DNA of 64,000 bases from Longimicrobiales bacterium. GTDB taxonomy: Bacteria; Gemmatimonadota; Gemmatimonadetes; Longimicrobiales; Gaopeijiaceae. The position numbers were made by a program, and so were the translations under genes. The stretch covers positions 64,001 to 128,000 of the forward strand of contig OZ241869.1 of the NCBI GenBank assembly GCA_965202805.1, in the 5' to 3' direction. Below, one piece after another: positions 38,602 through 47,538 of this stretch; within the stretch, counting starts at the first letter, position 1; every line of letters begins with the position of its first letter. The notes under the pieces were generated by a model. The model had not been told where the DNA came from, ran no database searches, and saw nothing but the letters and a program-made list of their open reading frames with translations.

Positions 38602-39804
38602 ATGAGCGAACGTCCCCTGCTGATGATTCCCGGACCCATCGAGGTTTCCCCGGAAGTACTGCGTGCCTTCTCGATACCGCCGCCCGGGCACGGACAGCCC
38701 TTCGCGGTGAAGGCGTTCGGCGCCTCCCTGAGCGGGATGCGCGAGGTGTGGCGCGCGGGGGAGGGCGCACAGCCTTTTCTGATCGCGGGCAGCGGAACGC
38801 TGGCGATGGACATGGCGGCGGTGAACCTGCTCGATCCGGGCGACGAGGCCGTGCTCGTGGACACGGGCTATTTCGCCGACCGCATGCGGCTGGTGCTGGA
38901 GCACCGCGGAGTGAAGGTCCATGCGGTCGCCAGCCCGCCGGGCGAGCGGCCGGGGCTGGCGGAGGTGGAGGCCGCCCTGGACGCCTGCGCGGCGAAGGCG
39001 CTGTTCGCGACCCACGTCGACACCTCGACGGGCGTGCTCGTCGATCCGGCCGGCCTGGCGGCTCTCGCGCGCTCTCGCGGGGTGCTCTCCGTCTTCGACG
39101 GCGTTTGCGCCACCGGGGCCGAGGCCTTCGAGATGTCCGCATGGGGCGCCGACGTGTACTTCACCGCCTCGCAGAAGGCGATGGGACTCCCGCCCGGGCT
39201 CGCGCTCCTCGTCGCCGGCCCGCGCGCGATGGAGGCGAGCCGGACGCGCCGCACCCCCTGCCCCCTGTACCTCGACTGGAACGTCTGGCTGCCCATCATG
39301 GAGACCCATGAGGCGGGGAGCATGAGCTACTTCGCCACCCCGGCCACCAACCTGGTGGTCGCGGCCGAGGTCGCGCTGGGAGAGATCCTGTCCGATCGGC
39401 TGGACGGACTCGAGGGCGTGGACGCCCGCATCGAGCGCCATGCGCGCACGGGCAGGGCGATGCGCGCGGCCTGGGCGCGCATGGGGCTCGGCGTGGTCCC
39501 CGCCAGCGACGCCCACTGCGCGAATACGCTGAGCGCCGTCCGTTATCCCGAGGGGGTGGACGCCTCCCTGGTGGGGCGCATCGTCGAGCGGGGGGTGATC
39601 GTCGCGGCCGGCCTCCACCCCGCGATGGCCGACCAGTACTTCCGCGTGGGCCACATGGGCTACGTAACGACCCGGCCGGACCTGCTGGAGCGTACCATCC
39701 GCGCGGTGGGCGATGCCCTGGGGGCGAGCGGATGCGCGGTCGACACCGCCGGCGCGGTCGACGCAGCCATGGACGAACTCGGGTCGCGCGCGGTCGCCGT
39801 GTAG
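38602..39804 (+). CDS. Class V PLP aminotransferase (alanine/serine-glyoxylate aminotransferase family)
   Basis: LLMIPGP, GSGTLAMD, THVDTSTGV, DGVC, TASQKAMGLPPG, FRVGHMG. Confidence 0.9.
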   Translation: MSERPLLMIPGPIEVSPEVLRAFSIPPPGHGQPFAVKAFGASLSGMREVWRAGEGAQPFLIAGSGTLAMDMAAVNLLDPGDEAVLVDTGYFADRMRLVLEHRGVKVHAVASPPGERPGLAEVEAALDACAAKALFATHVDTSTGVLVDPAGLAALARSRGVLSVFDGVCATGAEAFEMSAWGADVYFTASQKAMGLPPGLALLVAGPRAMEASRTRRTPCPLYLDWNVWLPIMETHEAGSMSYFATPATNLVVAAEVALGEILSDRLDGLEGVDARIERHARTGRAMRAAWARMGLGVVPASDAHCANTLSAVRYPEGVDASLVGRIVERGVIVAAGLHPAMADQYFRVGHMGYVTTRPDLLERTIRAVGDALGASGCAVDTAGAVDAAMDELGSRAVAV

Positions 39805-39963
39805 CCGCGTCCGACGCCGTCCGGGTGGCACGGTCGCCCGCCGGAATCCCCTGAACCGCATCCTCGCAACTCGCTACCTTCCCAGCCCGCCAGCCCCGCA
39901 ACGAGCCATCCGCCACCGCAAGCACCGGCTGCCACCGCAAGCCGCCAGCAAAGGAGACAACCC

Positions 39964-40422
39964 GTGGTCTACACCTCCCGCGTCCGCATCGAGCGCAAGG
40001 CGGGCCCGCTGCGCCATGCGCATCTGCCGGCCACTTCCGACCCCGTCCTGTTCGGGGTGCACAGCGAGATCGCCAGCCACTACGGCGTCGAGCCCGAGAC
40101 CCCGGTGGCCACCACCCTCGACTACATCGTGGCGGCGGCCGGGGGCTGACTCACGGGAACCCTTGGCGGCGCGCTGGAGGCGCGCGGGATACCGGCGGGG
40201 CAGGATCGCCTGACCTCCGAGGTCGAGGGAGGCATCGACAAGGAGGACGGGGTGCTCGTGATTCGCACCGTTCATGTGCGCTACCACCTGCGCATGGAGG
40301 CCGGAAAGGAAGAGCAGGCGCGGCGGGCGCACGAGGTTCACCATCCGTATTGCCCGGTCTACCGAACCATGGTCGGGTGCGTCGAGTTCTCCACCGAACT
40401 CGAAATCGAGACCGTGTCATGA
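39964..40422 (+). CDS. OsmC/Ohr-family protein, selenocysteine-containing (in-frame TGA at 40147-40149), 152 aa
   Basis: AAGGAG RBS and GTG start; ...TTLDYIVAAAGG-U-LTGTLGGALEARG...VHVRYHL...HHPYCPVYRTM...; the frame stays open for 90 codons after the TGA and carries the second OsmC Cys motif (CPV). Confidence 0.85.
40169..40185 (+). promoter_or_regulatory. Candidate SECIS hairpin of the OsmC-like gene
   Basis: gcgcgc-tggag-gcgcgc stem-loop starting 20 nt after the UGA, with a G-containing loop. Confidence 0.6.
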
Positions 40423-41714
40423 GCCGGGGGCAGGCGCAGAAGGCGAAGGCCTCGAGCCCGGACCGGCGAATGTCGATTCCGGTGGGCAGCGATGCGGAGG
40501 CTTCGGGTTCGGCGCATGCAGGGGGGGCGAACGCGCGGCCGTGGTCCGGCGCGGCGGGCGCGACGCTCTCCCGCCGGCAGTTCGCGGCGCTCATGGCCGC
40601 GGGCGGGGCATCCGCCTTCCTCCCGGGCTGCCGCTCCGATACCGGCGCCGTCGAGCCCGAACTCGAGACGGCGTGGATCAAGGATCCCGAATCCTTCATC
40701 CGCCATGCCACCAACCTGGAGAGCCGGCTCGAGCTGCTGGACGGGCTCATCACCCCCAACGACCTCTTCTTCGTGCGCAACCACGCCCCGACCCCGGTCA
40801 TCGGGGTGGACGACTACCGGCTGCGCGTCACCGGCGACGGCATCGAACGAAGCATCGAGCTCGGCCTCGACGACCTGCGCGCGCTGCCGAGCCAGTCCGT
40901 GATCGCGTATCTGGAGTGCGCCGGCAACTGGCGCGGGTTCTACGCGCGCGTGCTGGGACAGGCGGCCGAGGGCACGCAGTGGGGCACGGGGGCGGTCGGA
41001 TGCGCGGCGTGGTCGGGACCGTCGCTGGCCTCGGTGCTCGAGGCGGCCGGACTGCGTCCGGAGGCGGTGGCGGTGAACCTCGTGGGCCTCGACGACGGAG
41101 CCTTCAGCCGGCCCATGCCGGTGGACAAGGCGATGGACCCGGATACCCTGCTCGCCCTGTCGATGAACGGCGAGCCGCTGCCCCCCGACCACGGATTCCC
41201 CGTGCGCGGGATGGTCCCCGGCTGGGCGGGGAGCAACAGCATCAAGTGGGTGGGAGAGATCCAGGTGTCCACCGAGCCGATCTGGGTGCGGGCCAACACC
41301 AGCTCCTATGTCCTGATCGGCCCGGACTGGCCGGCCGAGCAGTATGCGCCGGCGGACGGCGCTCCGGTGACGGCGTTGCCGGTGAAGAGCGCGCTGGCCC
41401 TCCCCTGGCCGGCGGCCGTCCCGGCGGGGACTACCCGGCTGCGCGGCTTCGCCTACTCCAATGACGGTCCCATCGACTCGGTGGAATGGAGCGCGGACGA
41501 TGGCGCCAGCTGGGCGCCCGCACGCCTGGTCGGCCCTCGCCTGCGCTACGCCTGGACGCGCTTCGAGTTCGAGTGGCAGGCCGCGCCCGGGGCCTACACG
41601 CTGCGGACCCGCGCAACCGACGCTGCGGGCAACACCCAGCCCGTGGAAGGCGTCTGGAACCAGAAGGGATACCTGCTCAACCTGGCGCTTCCGCACCCGG
41701 TGGAGGTGGCCTGA
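40419..41714 (+). CDS. Sulfite oxidase family molybdoenzyme (SorA/SoxC-like), Tat-exported, possibly lipoprotein
   Basis: SRRQF twin-arginine motif then FLPGC; LITPNDLFFVRNH, LECAGN (Mo-ligating Cys), DHGFPVR, SIKW, RATDAAGNTQP. ATG 40419 overlaps the OsmC stop; exact start uncertain. Confidence 0.9.
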   Translation: MSRGQAQKAKASSPDRRMSIPVGSDAEASGSAHAGGANARPWSGAAGATLSRRQFAALMAAGGASAFLPGCRSDTGAVEPELETAWIKDPESFIRHATNLESRLELLDGLITPNDLFFVRNHAPTPVIGVDDYRLRVTGDGIERSIELGLDDLRALPSQSVIAYLECAGNWRGFYARVLGQAAEGTQWGTGAVGCAAWSGPSLASVLEAAGLRPEAVAVNLVGLDDGAFSRPMPVDKAMDPDTLLALSMNGEPLPPDHGFPVRGMVPGWAGSNSIKWVGEIQVSTEPIWVRANTSSYVLIGPDWPAEQYAPADGAPVTALPVKSALALPWPAAVPAGTTRLRGFAYSNDGPIDSVEWSADDGASWAPARLVGPRLRYAWTRFEFEWQAAPGAYTLRTRATDAAGNTQPVEGVWNQKGYLLNLALPHPVEVA

Positions 41715-41733
41715 GTGGGAGGTGCGGGCAGGA

Positions 41734-42183
41734 ATGTGGAGGCGCGATGACCGCCGCGGAAGGCCGGATGGCGATGCGTCGGCTGCGGGTGAGGCGCGGT
41801 TGACGGTGACAGGCCGTCGGCGAACGATCGTGGCGCTCGTCCTGTCCTCGGCCGTCCTCTCCGCCGCCGTGCTGTCGGTCGGCTGCAGCGATGGCCCCCA
41901 GGTCGACGGCGCGCTGGTCTACGCCCAGCGGTGCGCCTTCTGCCACGATGTGGAGGGCCAGGTCGGGGCCGAGATCACGGCAGCGACCCTGGCGTCCCGC
42001 GGAGACGAGGAGACGCTGACGCGATACCTGCGACTGTCGATGCCCTACGAGGCCCCGGGAACCATGACCGATGCGGAATACCGGGCGACCGCGCGCTATC
42101 TGCTGGAGACGCGCGGGCTGGCGGGCGAGTCGAGCGGGGGCGGCGCGGACGGCGAAGAGCCCCCAACGGGAGAGGGCCGATGA
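41734..42183 (+). CDS. Monoheme c-type cytochrome (SorB-like partner), probable lipoprotein
   Basis: Hydrophobic signal ending VGC, CAFCH heme motif, distal Met in SMPYEAPG. Start uncertain. Confidence 0.8.
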   Translation: MWRRDDRRGRPDGDASAAGEARLTVTGRRRTIVALVLSSAVLSAAVLSVGCSDGPQVDGALVYAQRCAFCHDVEGQVGAEITAATLASRGDEETLTRYLRLSMPYEAPGTMTDAEYRATARYLLETRGLAGESSGGGADGEEPPTGEGR

Positions 42184-42407
42184 ACCGAATCGTGCGACGC
42201 ACCGTGATCGGATTCGTGGTGGGCGCGCTCGCCTTCGGGGTGGCGAGCGTCTATCAGGCGATCAGCTCGGGAGTGGGGCTGGTCCCGACCCTCGGTCCGC
42301 TGGGGTTCATGATGGTCCTGGGCGGCACCATCGGCGGGCTGGCCGGGCCGCTGGTGGGGGAGGCGGTGGCGCGCTCGCGGCAGCGGCGCGCGCAGAGAAG
42401 GAGATGA
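42180..42407 (+). CDS. Small two-TM membrane protein
   Basis: ATGA overlap with the cytochrome stop; MNRIVRRTVIGFVVGALAFG...GGTIGGLAGPLVG. Confidence 0.65.
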   Translation: MNRIVRRTVIGFVVGALAFGVASVYQAISSGVGLVPTLGPLGFMMVLGGTIGGLAGPLVGEAVARSRQRRAQRRR

Positions 42408-42411
42408 GCGT

Positions 42412-43125
42412 GTGCAGGGGATGAAGCTCTCCTCCTTCGAAGTCCTCACCTTCGACTGCTACGGCACGCTCATCGACTGGGAGAGCGGGATTCTCGAGGC
42501 CGTCGCGCACGTGTTGGACGCGCACGGCCGCGATCTGCCTCCAGCGGAGATCCTGGAGCACTTCGCGCGCTTCGAGTCGGCCATCCAGGCGGGCGCCTAC
42601 CTCACCTACCGCGAGGTTCTGTCCCGCGTGGTGGACGAGTTCGGGCGCGAGCTCGGCTTCGTCCCCAGCCCCCGCGAGCGGGCCTCGCTGCCCGAGTCGA
42701 TCGCACGCTGGGCACCCTTCGACGACACCGTCGATGCGCTGCGCATCCTCGCTTCGCGCTATCGGCTGGCGGTGATCTCCAACGTGGACGACGACCTGTT
42801 CGCCTTTTCGGCACGTCGCCTGGGGGTCGAATGGGACGAAGTCGTCACGGCCCGGCAGGCGGGCAGCTACAAGCCCGATGCGCGGAACTTCGAGCTGGCC
42901 CTCAAGCGTCTCGGTCGGCCCGTCGATGCCATTCTGCATGTCGCTCAGAGCCTCTTCCACGACATCGTCCCGGCAAAACGCCTCGGATTCGCCACGGTGC
43001 ATGTGAACCGGGTCTCCCCGCATGGCGGATCGGGGGCTACCATGCCGGTGAGCGCCCGTCCCGACCTGGAAGTGCCGGATCTCCGGTCGCTGGCGGAGAT
43101 GGTTCTGGAGGAGGATGACGGATGA
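42412..43125 (+). CDS. HAD-superfamily hydrolase (haloacid dehalogenase type II-like)
   Basis: FDCYGTLIDWE, ISNVD, SYKP, HVAQSLFHD. Confidence 0.9.
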   Translation: MQGMKLSSFEVLTFDCYGTLIDWESGILEAVAHVLDAHGRDLPPAEILEHFARFESAIQAGAYLTYREVLSRVVDEFGRELGFVPSPRERASLPESIARWAPFDDTVDALRILASRYRLAVISNVDDDLFAFSARRLGVEWDEVVTARQAGSYKPDARNFELALKRLGRPVDAILHVAQSLFHDIVPAKRLGFATVHVNRVSPHGGSGATMPVSARPDLEVPDLRSLAEMVLEEDDG

Positions 43126-43580
43126 GCCGAATGTTGCTCGCGGTCGGCACGGCGCTCGCGGCAGGGTGGGTCGGCGCCGCCTGTGGCGAGCCGCCGGCAT
43201 CGGAGAGGGACGCCGAGGTCGTCGGGCCCCTGGCGGTGGTGCAGGGGCACATGGACGCCTTCAACCGGCACGACGCCGAGGATCTGCTGTCGTGGGTGTC
43301 GCCCGCCGTGGAGTGGGTGAACGTGCAGGGGACCATCACCTCGGTCGAGGTTCGCGGCCGGGAGATGCTGCGCGACTACATGGCGACCTATTTCGAGGCG
43401 CAGCCCACCGTGCGGTCGGAAATCGAGGAGGCGGTGGTCACCGGGGACTTCGTGGCGGTGCGGGAACGGGCATCCTGGACGGCACGGGACGGGGAAGAGC
43501 GGTCCCAGGCCTCGCTCGCCGTCTACCACGTGCGCGACGGGCTGATCCAGCGGGTGTGGTACTATCCGGTCGTGCCTTGA
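43122..43580 (+). CDS. SnoaL/NTF2-like lipoprotein
   Basis: Signal ending AAC; VVQGHMDAFNRHD...VYHVRDGLIQRVW. Confidence 0.75.
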   Translation: MSRMLLAVGTALAAGWVGAACGEPPASERDAEVVGPLAVVQGHMDAFNRHDAEDLLSWVSPAVEWVNVQGTITSVEVRGREMLRDYMATYFEAQPTVRSEIEEAVVTGDFVAVRERASWTARDGEERSQASLAVYHVRDGLIQRVWYYPVVP

Positions 43581-43713
43581 CGGGGACAGCCGATCAGGCC
43601 TCGACGCGCCATCCGCCGGCAGGCGTGATACTATCCGGCCCGAGTAGATGATACTATTCCCGTCTCGTGATATCATGGGGGTCCGCGGCGCTGACGACGG
43701 CGCCTGAGACCGG

Positions 43714-44076
43714 CTATTTCCTCCGTTTTCCCTTGACGTCCAGAATGGACCCCAGAACCACGCTCACGAATGAGATGATCACGCTGCCCAGGAGAGCGGA
43801 TGCGAAGCCGGCGACGACCAGCCCGTCCGCCAGCCAGTCGGCGAGCATGAGCATGCCGGCGTTGATGACGAGGGTGAAGAGCCCCAGGGTGAGCAGGATG
43901 ACGGGAAAGGCGAAGAACTTCACCACCGGCCTGATGAAGGCGTTGACCAGGGCGAAGATCGCCGCGACCACCACGACCTCTTCGAACCGGTCCCCGAGCC
44001 GGATGCCCGCGACCAGTTCAGCCGCCGCCCAGAGCGCGGCCGCGTTGATGCCGAGTGAGAGGAGAAGCTTGCGCAG
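43714..44076 (-). CDS. YvlD/DUF360 (four-TM phage-holin-like) membrane protein; start uncertain
   Basis: LVNAFIRPVVKFFAFPVILLTLGLFTLVINA signature. Confidence 0.8.
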   Translation of the reverse strand: MRKLLLSLGINAAALWAAAELVAGIRLGDRFEEVVVVAAIFALVNAFIRPVVKFFAFPVILLTLGLFTLVINAGMLMLADWLADGLVVAGFASALLGSVIISFVSVVLGSILDVKGKRRK

Positions 44077-44352
44077 CGTTCCGTCCGGTTGCGGGTGGCG
44101 GGGTGGGAGTCCGGCTCCCGATACGCTCGTACCCGGGGGAAGATTCGCGCGTTCACCCGGGTCGCCGGCGGCGCGCGCGGCGGAAGCATGCCGCTCGGGC
44201 GCGGGTGGCCCGCCGTCCCCGCCGCGACGCGCGGGTCCCGGGGCGGCGGATCGCACCCGTTGTCCCGGTCGCAGTGTCACCGAGCCGGCCCGTCGCCGTC
44301 ATCTTCGCCGCCGCGCCCGGGTGAGGTCCGCCCGGGTGCGGGTGCGCGTCCC

Positions 44353-45066
44353 GTGAGCGGGTCCGGCGGGTCCACCGGCGCGCCCGTCGCCATCGTCACG
44401 GCGGCGGGGCGGGGGATGGGAGCGGCGTGCGCCGAGGTGCTCGCCGAGCGCGGCTACCGGGTGGCGCTCATGTCCCGGTCGGCGGAAGCGCGCGAGCTGG
44501 CGGGGCGGCTGGGGGGGTGGGGCATCCGGGGGTCGGTGACCGAGCCGGACGACCTCGCCCGCCTGGTGCAGGGCGCGCTCGACCGCTTCGGCCGTCTGGA
44601 CGGGGTGGTCAACAACACCGGGCATGCCGCGCGCGGCGACCTGCTCGGCCTCGACGACACGGCGTGGCACGACGGCCTGGATCTGCTGCTCCTCAATGTC
44701 GTGCGCATGAGCCGCCTGGTCACGCCCGTCCTGGAGGCCGGGGGCGGGGGCTCCATCGTGAACATCTCCACCTTCGGGGCGAAGCAGCCGACCGCCGCCT
44801 TCCCCATCTCGTCGGCGATCCGGGCGGGGCTGGGCGCCTTCACCCGCATGTACGCCACCCGCTACGCCGCCGCCGGCATCCGCATGAACGACGTTCTGCC
44901 CGGCTACGTCGACAGCTACCCGGTCGAGGAGGCCGCGCGCGCCACCATCCCGGCGGGCCGGCCCGCGCGCACCCGCGAGGTGGCCGAGGCGGTGGCCTTC
45001 CTGATCTCGGACGCGTCGTCCTACGTCACCGGCGAAAGCCTGCTCGTGGACGGCGGGCTGTCGTAG
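44353..45066 (+). CDS. Short-chain dehydrogenase/reductase
   Basis: VTAAGRGMG, VVNNTG, NIST, SYVTGESLLVDGG. Confidence 0.88.
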   Translation: MSGSGGSTGAPVAIVTAAGRGMGAACAEVLAERGYRVALMSRSAEARELAGRLGGWGIRGSVTEPDDLARLVQGALDRFGRLDGVVNNTGHAARGDLLGLDDTAWHDGLDLLLLNVVRMSRLVTPVLEAGGGGSIVNISTFGAKQPTAAFPISSAIRAGLGAFTRMYATRYAAAGIRMNDVLPGYVDSYPVEEAARATIPAGRPARTREVAEAVAFLISDASSYVTGESLLVDGGLS

Positions 45067-45130
45067 GGCGACGCGACCCGGCGCCGATGCATCGCCGCTC
45101 GAATGCCGGGTGGCCTCCGTCCACGGGCTG

Positions 45131-46579
45131 CTAGCCCACCCGCTCGAAGATCAGGTCGCGCACGCGCCCGCCGGTGACCGTGAACGCCACCACCCGGCCC
45201 GACCCGTCCCGCCGGAAGCGCAGTTCCGGGAAGAGGCGCGGGTTGCCGGAGAAGGTGTCCTCCCCCGCAGGCGCCAGCGCCGACGGGCCGGTGCGCCAGT
45301 GTCGGGCGACAAGCCTTCCGTCCTCGACCGCGATCTCGTAGGTCATGTCGAGTTCGGGGCTCCGGTAGCGTCCGGCGTACTCGCGCAACCGGGCGTCCGT
45401 CGGCATGGCCGGCGGGGCGTCCGTGATCGCGGCGCTGCCCACCGGCTCGGCTGCCGGGCCCATCAGCTCACCGGCGAAGACCTCCGCGACCCGCAGCGCG
45501 CGCCCGGCGGGATCGCAGTCCGACACGTTGCAGAAGACGGCGACCGAGAGATCCTGCTCCGGGAAGCGGACGAAGTTGGTGCGGTATCCCGCCCAGGAGC
45601 CGCCGTGGCCGAAGTTGGGCAATCCGCGGTACTCGCCGACGGTGAGCCCGTGCGCGTACGCCAGCGTCTCGCCGTCGTTCAGCGCGCCCCGCGCGAGCAT
45701 CGTCCTCACCACCTCCTCGCCCCCGACCTCGCCGGTCTCGTAGTTGCGCATCCACAGGATGAAGTCGTCGATGGTGGTGTTGAGTGAACTCGAAGCCAGC
45801 GCGGTCAGCTGGTTGGGCTGGCGCACGAAGCCCGCGGCCTCATCCGGCGAATAGGACTCGGCCCGTCCGGGCACCACCTCCAGATGATCGTCCGAGAAAT
45901 GCGTGCGGCTCATCCCCAGCGGCTCGAAGATCCGCTGCCGGGTGAACTCGCGGAAGCTCATCCCCGACTGCGCCTCGACGACCCGGGCGAGCAGGTTGTA
46001 GCCGGTGTTGGAGTAGGCGTACTCGGCGCCGGGATCGAAGTTGACGGCCTGCTGCTCGAAGAGCATGCGCAGGATCCTGTCGAAGGAGATGACGTCGCTC
46101 CGTTCCAGCCCGGCCAGCGACATGACGTGCACCCAGTCGCGGATCCCGCTGGTGTGGTGGATGAGGTGCCGGGCCGTGATCCGGACCCCGAAGTCGGGGA
46201 GGTCGGGGACGTAGGCGCGCACGTCCTCGTCGAGGTCAAGCCTGCCGTCGCTCTCCAGCAGGAGTGCCGCCATCGCCCCGAACTGCTTGGAGATGGAGGC
46301 GATGTCGAACACCGTCTCCGGTGTGATCGGGACGCCGTGATCGAGGTGCGCGATGCCGTACCCCGCGCGATGAGCCACCTCGCCCCCGAGCAAGACACCC
46401 ACCGCTGCCCCCGGGCCGTCCCGGTCCAGGTCGGCGAACACGGCGTCGACCCCTGGATGGGAGGGTCCGTCGGGGCCGGTTGCCGCCGGCGAGGCCTGGG
46501 AGGCCGGGCCGCAGCCCGCGACGGCCGTAGCGAAAAACGCGGCCAGGGCGATGGCCGCGGCTCGGGGCGAAAGAGACAT
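45131..46579 (-). CDS. Beta-lactamase-family serine hydrolase lipoprotein (D-aminopeptidase-like)
   Basis: Lipobox VAGC; IASISKQF (SxxK), YSNTGY, HGGSWAG. Confidence 0.88.
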   Translation of the reverse strand: MSLSPRAAAIALAAFFATAVAGCGPASQASPAATGPDGPSHPGVDAVFADLDRDGPGAAVGVLLGGEVAHRAGYGIAHLDHGVPITPETVFDIASISKQFGAMAALLLESDGRLDLDEDVRAYVPDLPDFGVRITARHLIHHTSGIRDWVHVMSLAGLERSDVISFDRILRMLFEQQAVNFDPGAEYAYSNTGYNLLARVVEAQSGMSFREFTRQRIFEPLGMSRTHFSDDHLEVVPGRAESYSPDEAAGFVRQPNQLTALASSSLNTTIDDFILWMRNYETGEVGGEEVVRTMLARGALNDGETLAYAHGLTVGEYRGLPNFGHGGSWAGYRTNFVRFPEQDLSVAVFCNVSDCDPAGRALRVAEVFAGELMGPAAEPVGSAAITDAPPAMPTDARLREYAGRYRSPELDMTYEIAVEDGRLVARHWRTGPSALAPAGEDTFSGNPRLFPELRFRRDGSGRVVAFTVTGGRVRDLIFERVG

Positions 46580-46796
46580 GATGCGACTCCTGTCCTGGGG
46601 ATGCGGCGCGCGCGAATCGGAAGATGGCGCACGCTACCCGGGGCAGGTCATCGAGGCAAGCGGAAGAACCGAGGGGCCGGGAAGGAGAGGCGGCCCCGGA
46701 CGCGGGTATGGCGGGGAGGATGGATCGGCGGCCGCGGCCCGAAGCGTATCGGCGGCCCCTGCGGGCCGCGGCCACCGTCGTCCTAGGGGATCGAGA

Positions 46797-47144
46797 TCAG
46801 CCGGAGCTTCCTCTGGCTGCGAGAACACCCAGCACGGCACCGACTATACCCGTCACAACCGCCGCAACCACGAGTGCCATCACTGCATCGCCGCTCATGA
46901 TGCCATTGCTCATCAAGCTCATCACAGCGCCGAGCACCGCTCCGCCCTTGAAGCCGTCCTGGGCGTTGCCGACGCCCCTCCAGCCAAGGACAAGAGTGTA
47001 GAATGCTCCGGCAAAGAGGAGGCCAAGGATTCCGTTGAGGTCAAGGCTGGCCGCTTCTCCGACACCTACCGCGCCCTCGACGTAGCCGAGAACCAGCAGC
47101 GCGACGGCAACCGCGACGGTTCCAATTGCAAAATTCCTGTCCAC
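46797..47144 (-). CDS. Small multi-TM membrane protein, paralog of 58162..58563
   Basis: GGAAGGAGG RBS and GTG start; VLGWRGVGNAQDGFKGGAVLGAVM matches ILGWKGVANAKEGFQAGAIIGAVM of the second copy. Confidence 0.65.
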   Translation of the reverse strand: MDRNFAIGTVAVAVALLVLGYVEGAVGVGEAASLDLNGILGLLFAGAFYTLVLGWRGVGNAQDGFKGGAVLGAVMSLMSNGIMSGDAVMALVVAAVVTGIVGAVLGVLAARGSSG

Positions 47145-47538
47145 ATTGCCTCCTTCCTGGAGTGAACCTGCTGGAAGAACGCTCAACCGGGCTCGTCGTG
47201 CACGCGATGCATGCCGTGCGTCCCCGGTGGGGCCGTTGGTTGGTTCGGTATCGAATCAGGCTATAGCGACTCCTCGGAAGTGACACGGCAGGTGGGAACA
47301 ACGGGCCGGTCGGCCGGGGAGGGCTCTCCCACCATCGCGGGAAGGAGGCCCCGCGACACCGTGCGGCAGGGACAGACTGACAAAGCAATCCGTCACAATG
47401 GGATCCCGACGGGGTTCGCGCAAGTAAACGCCCAGCAGGGCTGGACATGAGCCTGAAATAACAGCGATGCTTTTGGCCTGTGACCTCTGCGGCAACGACC
47501 CGTTTAACACCCTCAAAACAAAGCGGGAGCTTCGTCCC

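Noticed and set aside
43714..44076. Prophage suggested by the holin-like gene
   Set aside because: YvlD/DUF360 proteins are common chromosomal genes, and no other phage genes are present.
47300..47470. Cobalamin or c-di-GMP riboswitch
   Set aside because: Only isolated words match (gggaagg, caaagc); the conserved cores could not be assembled by eye.
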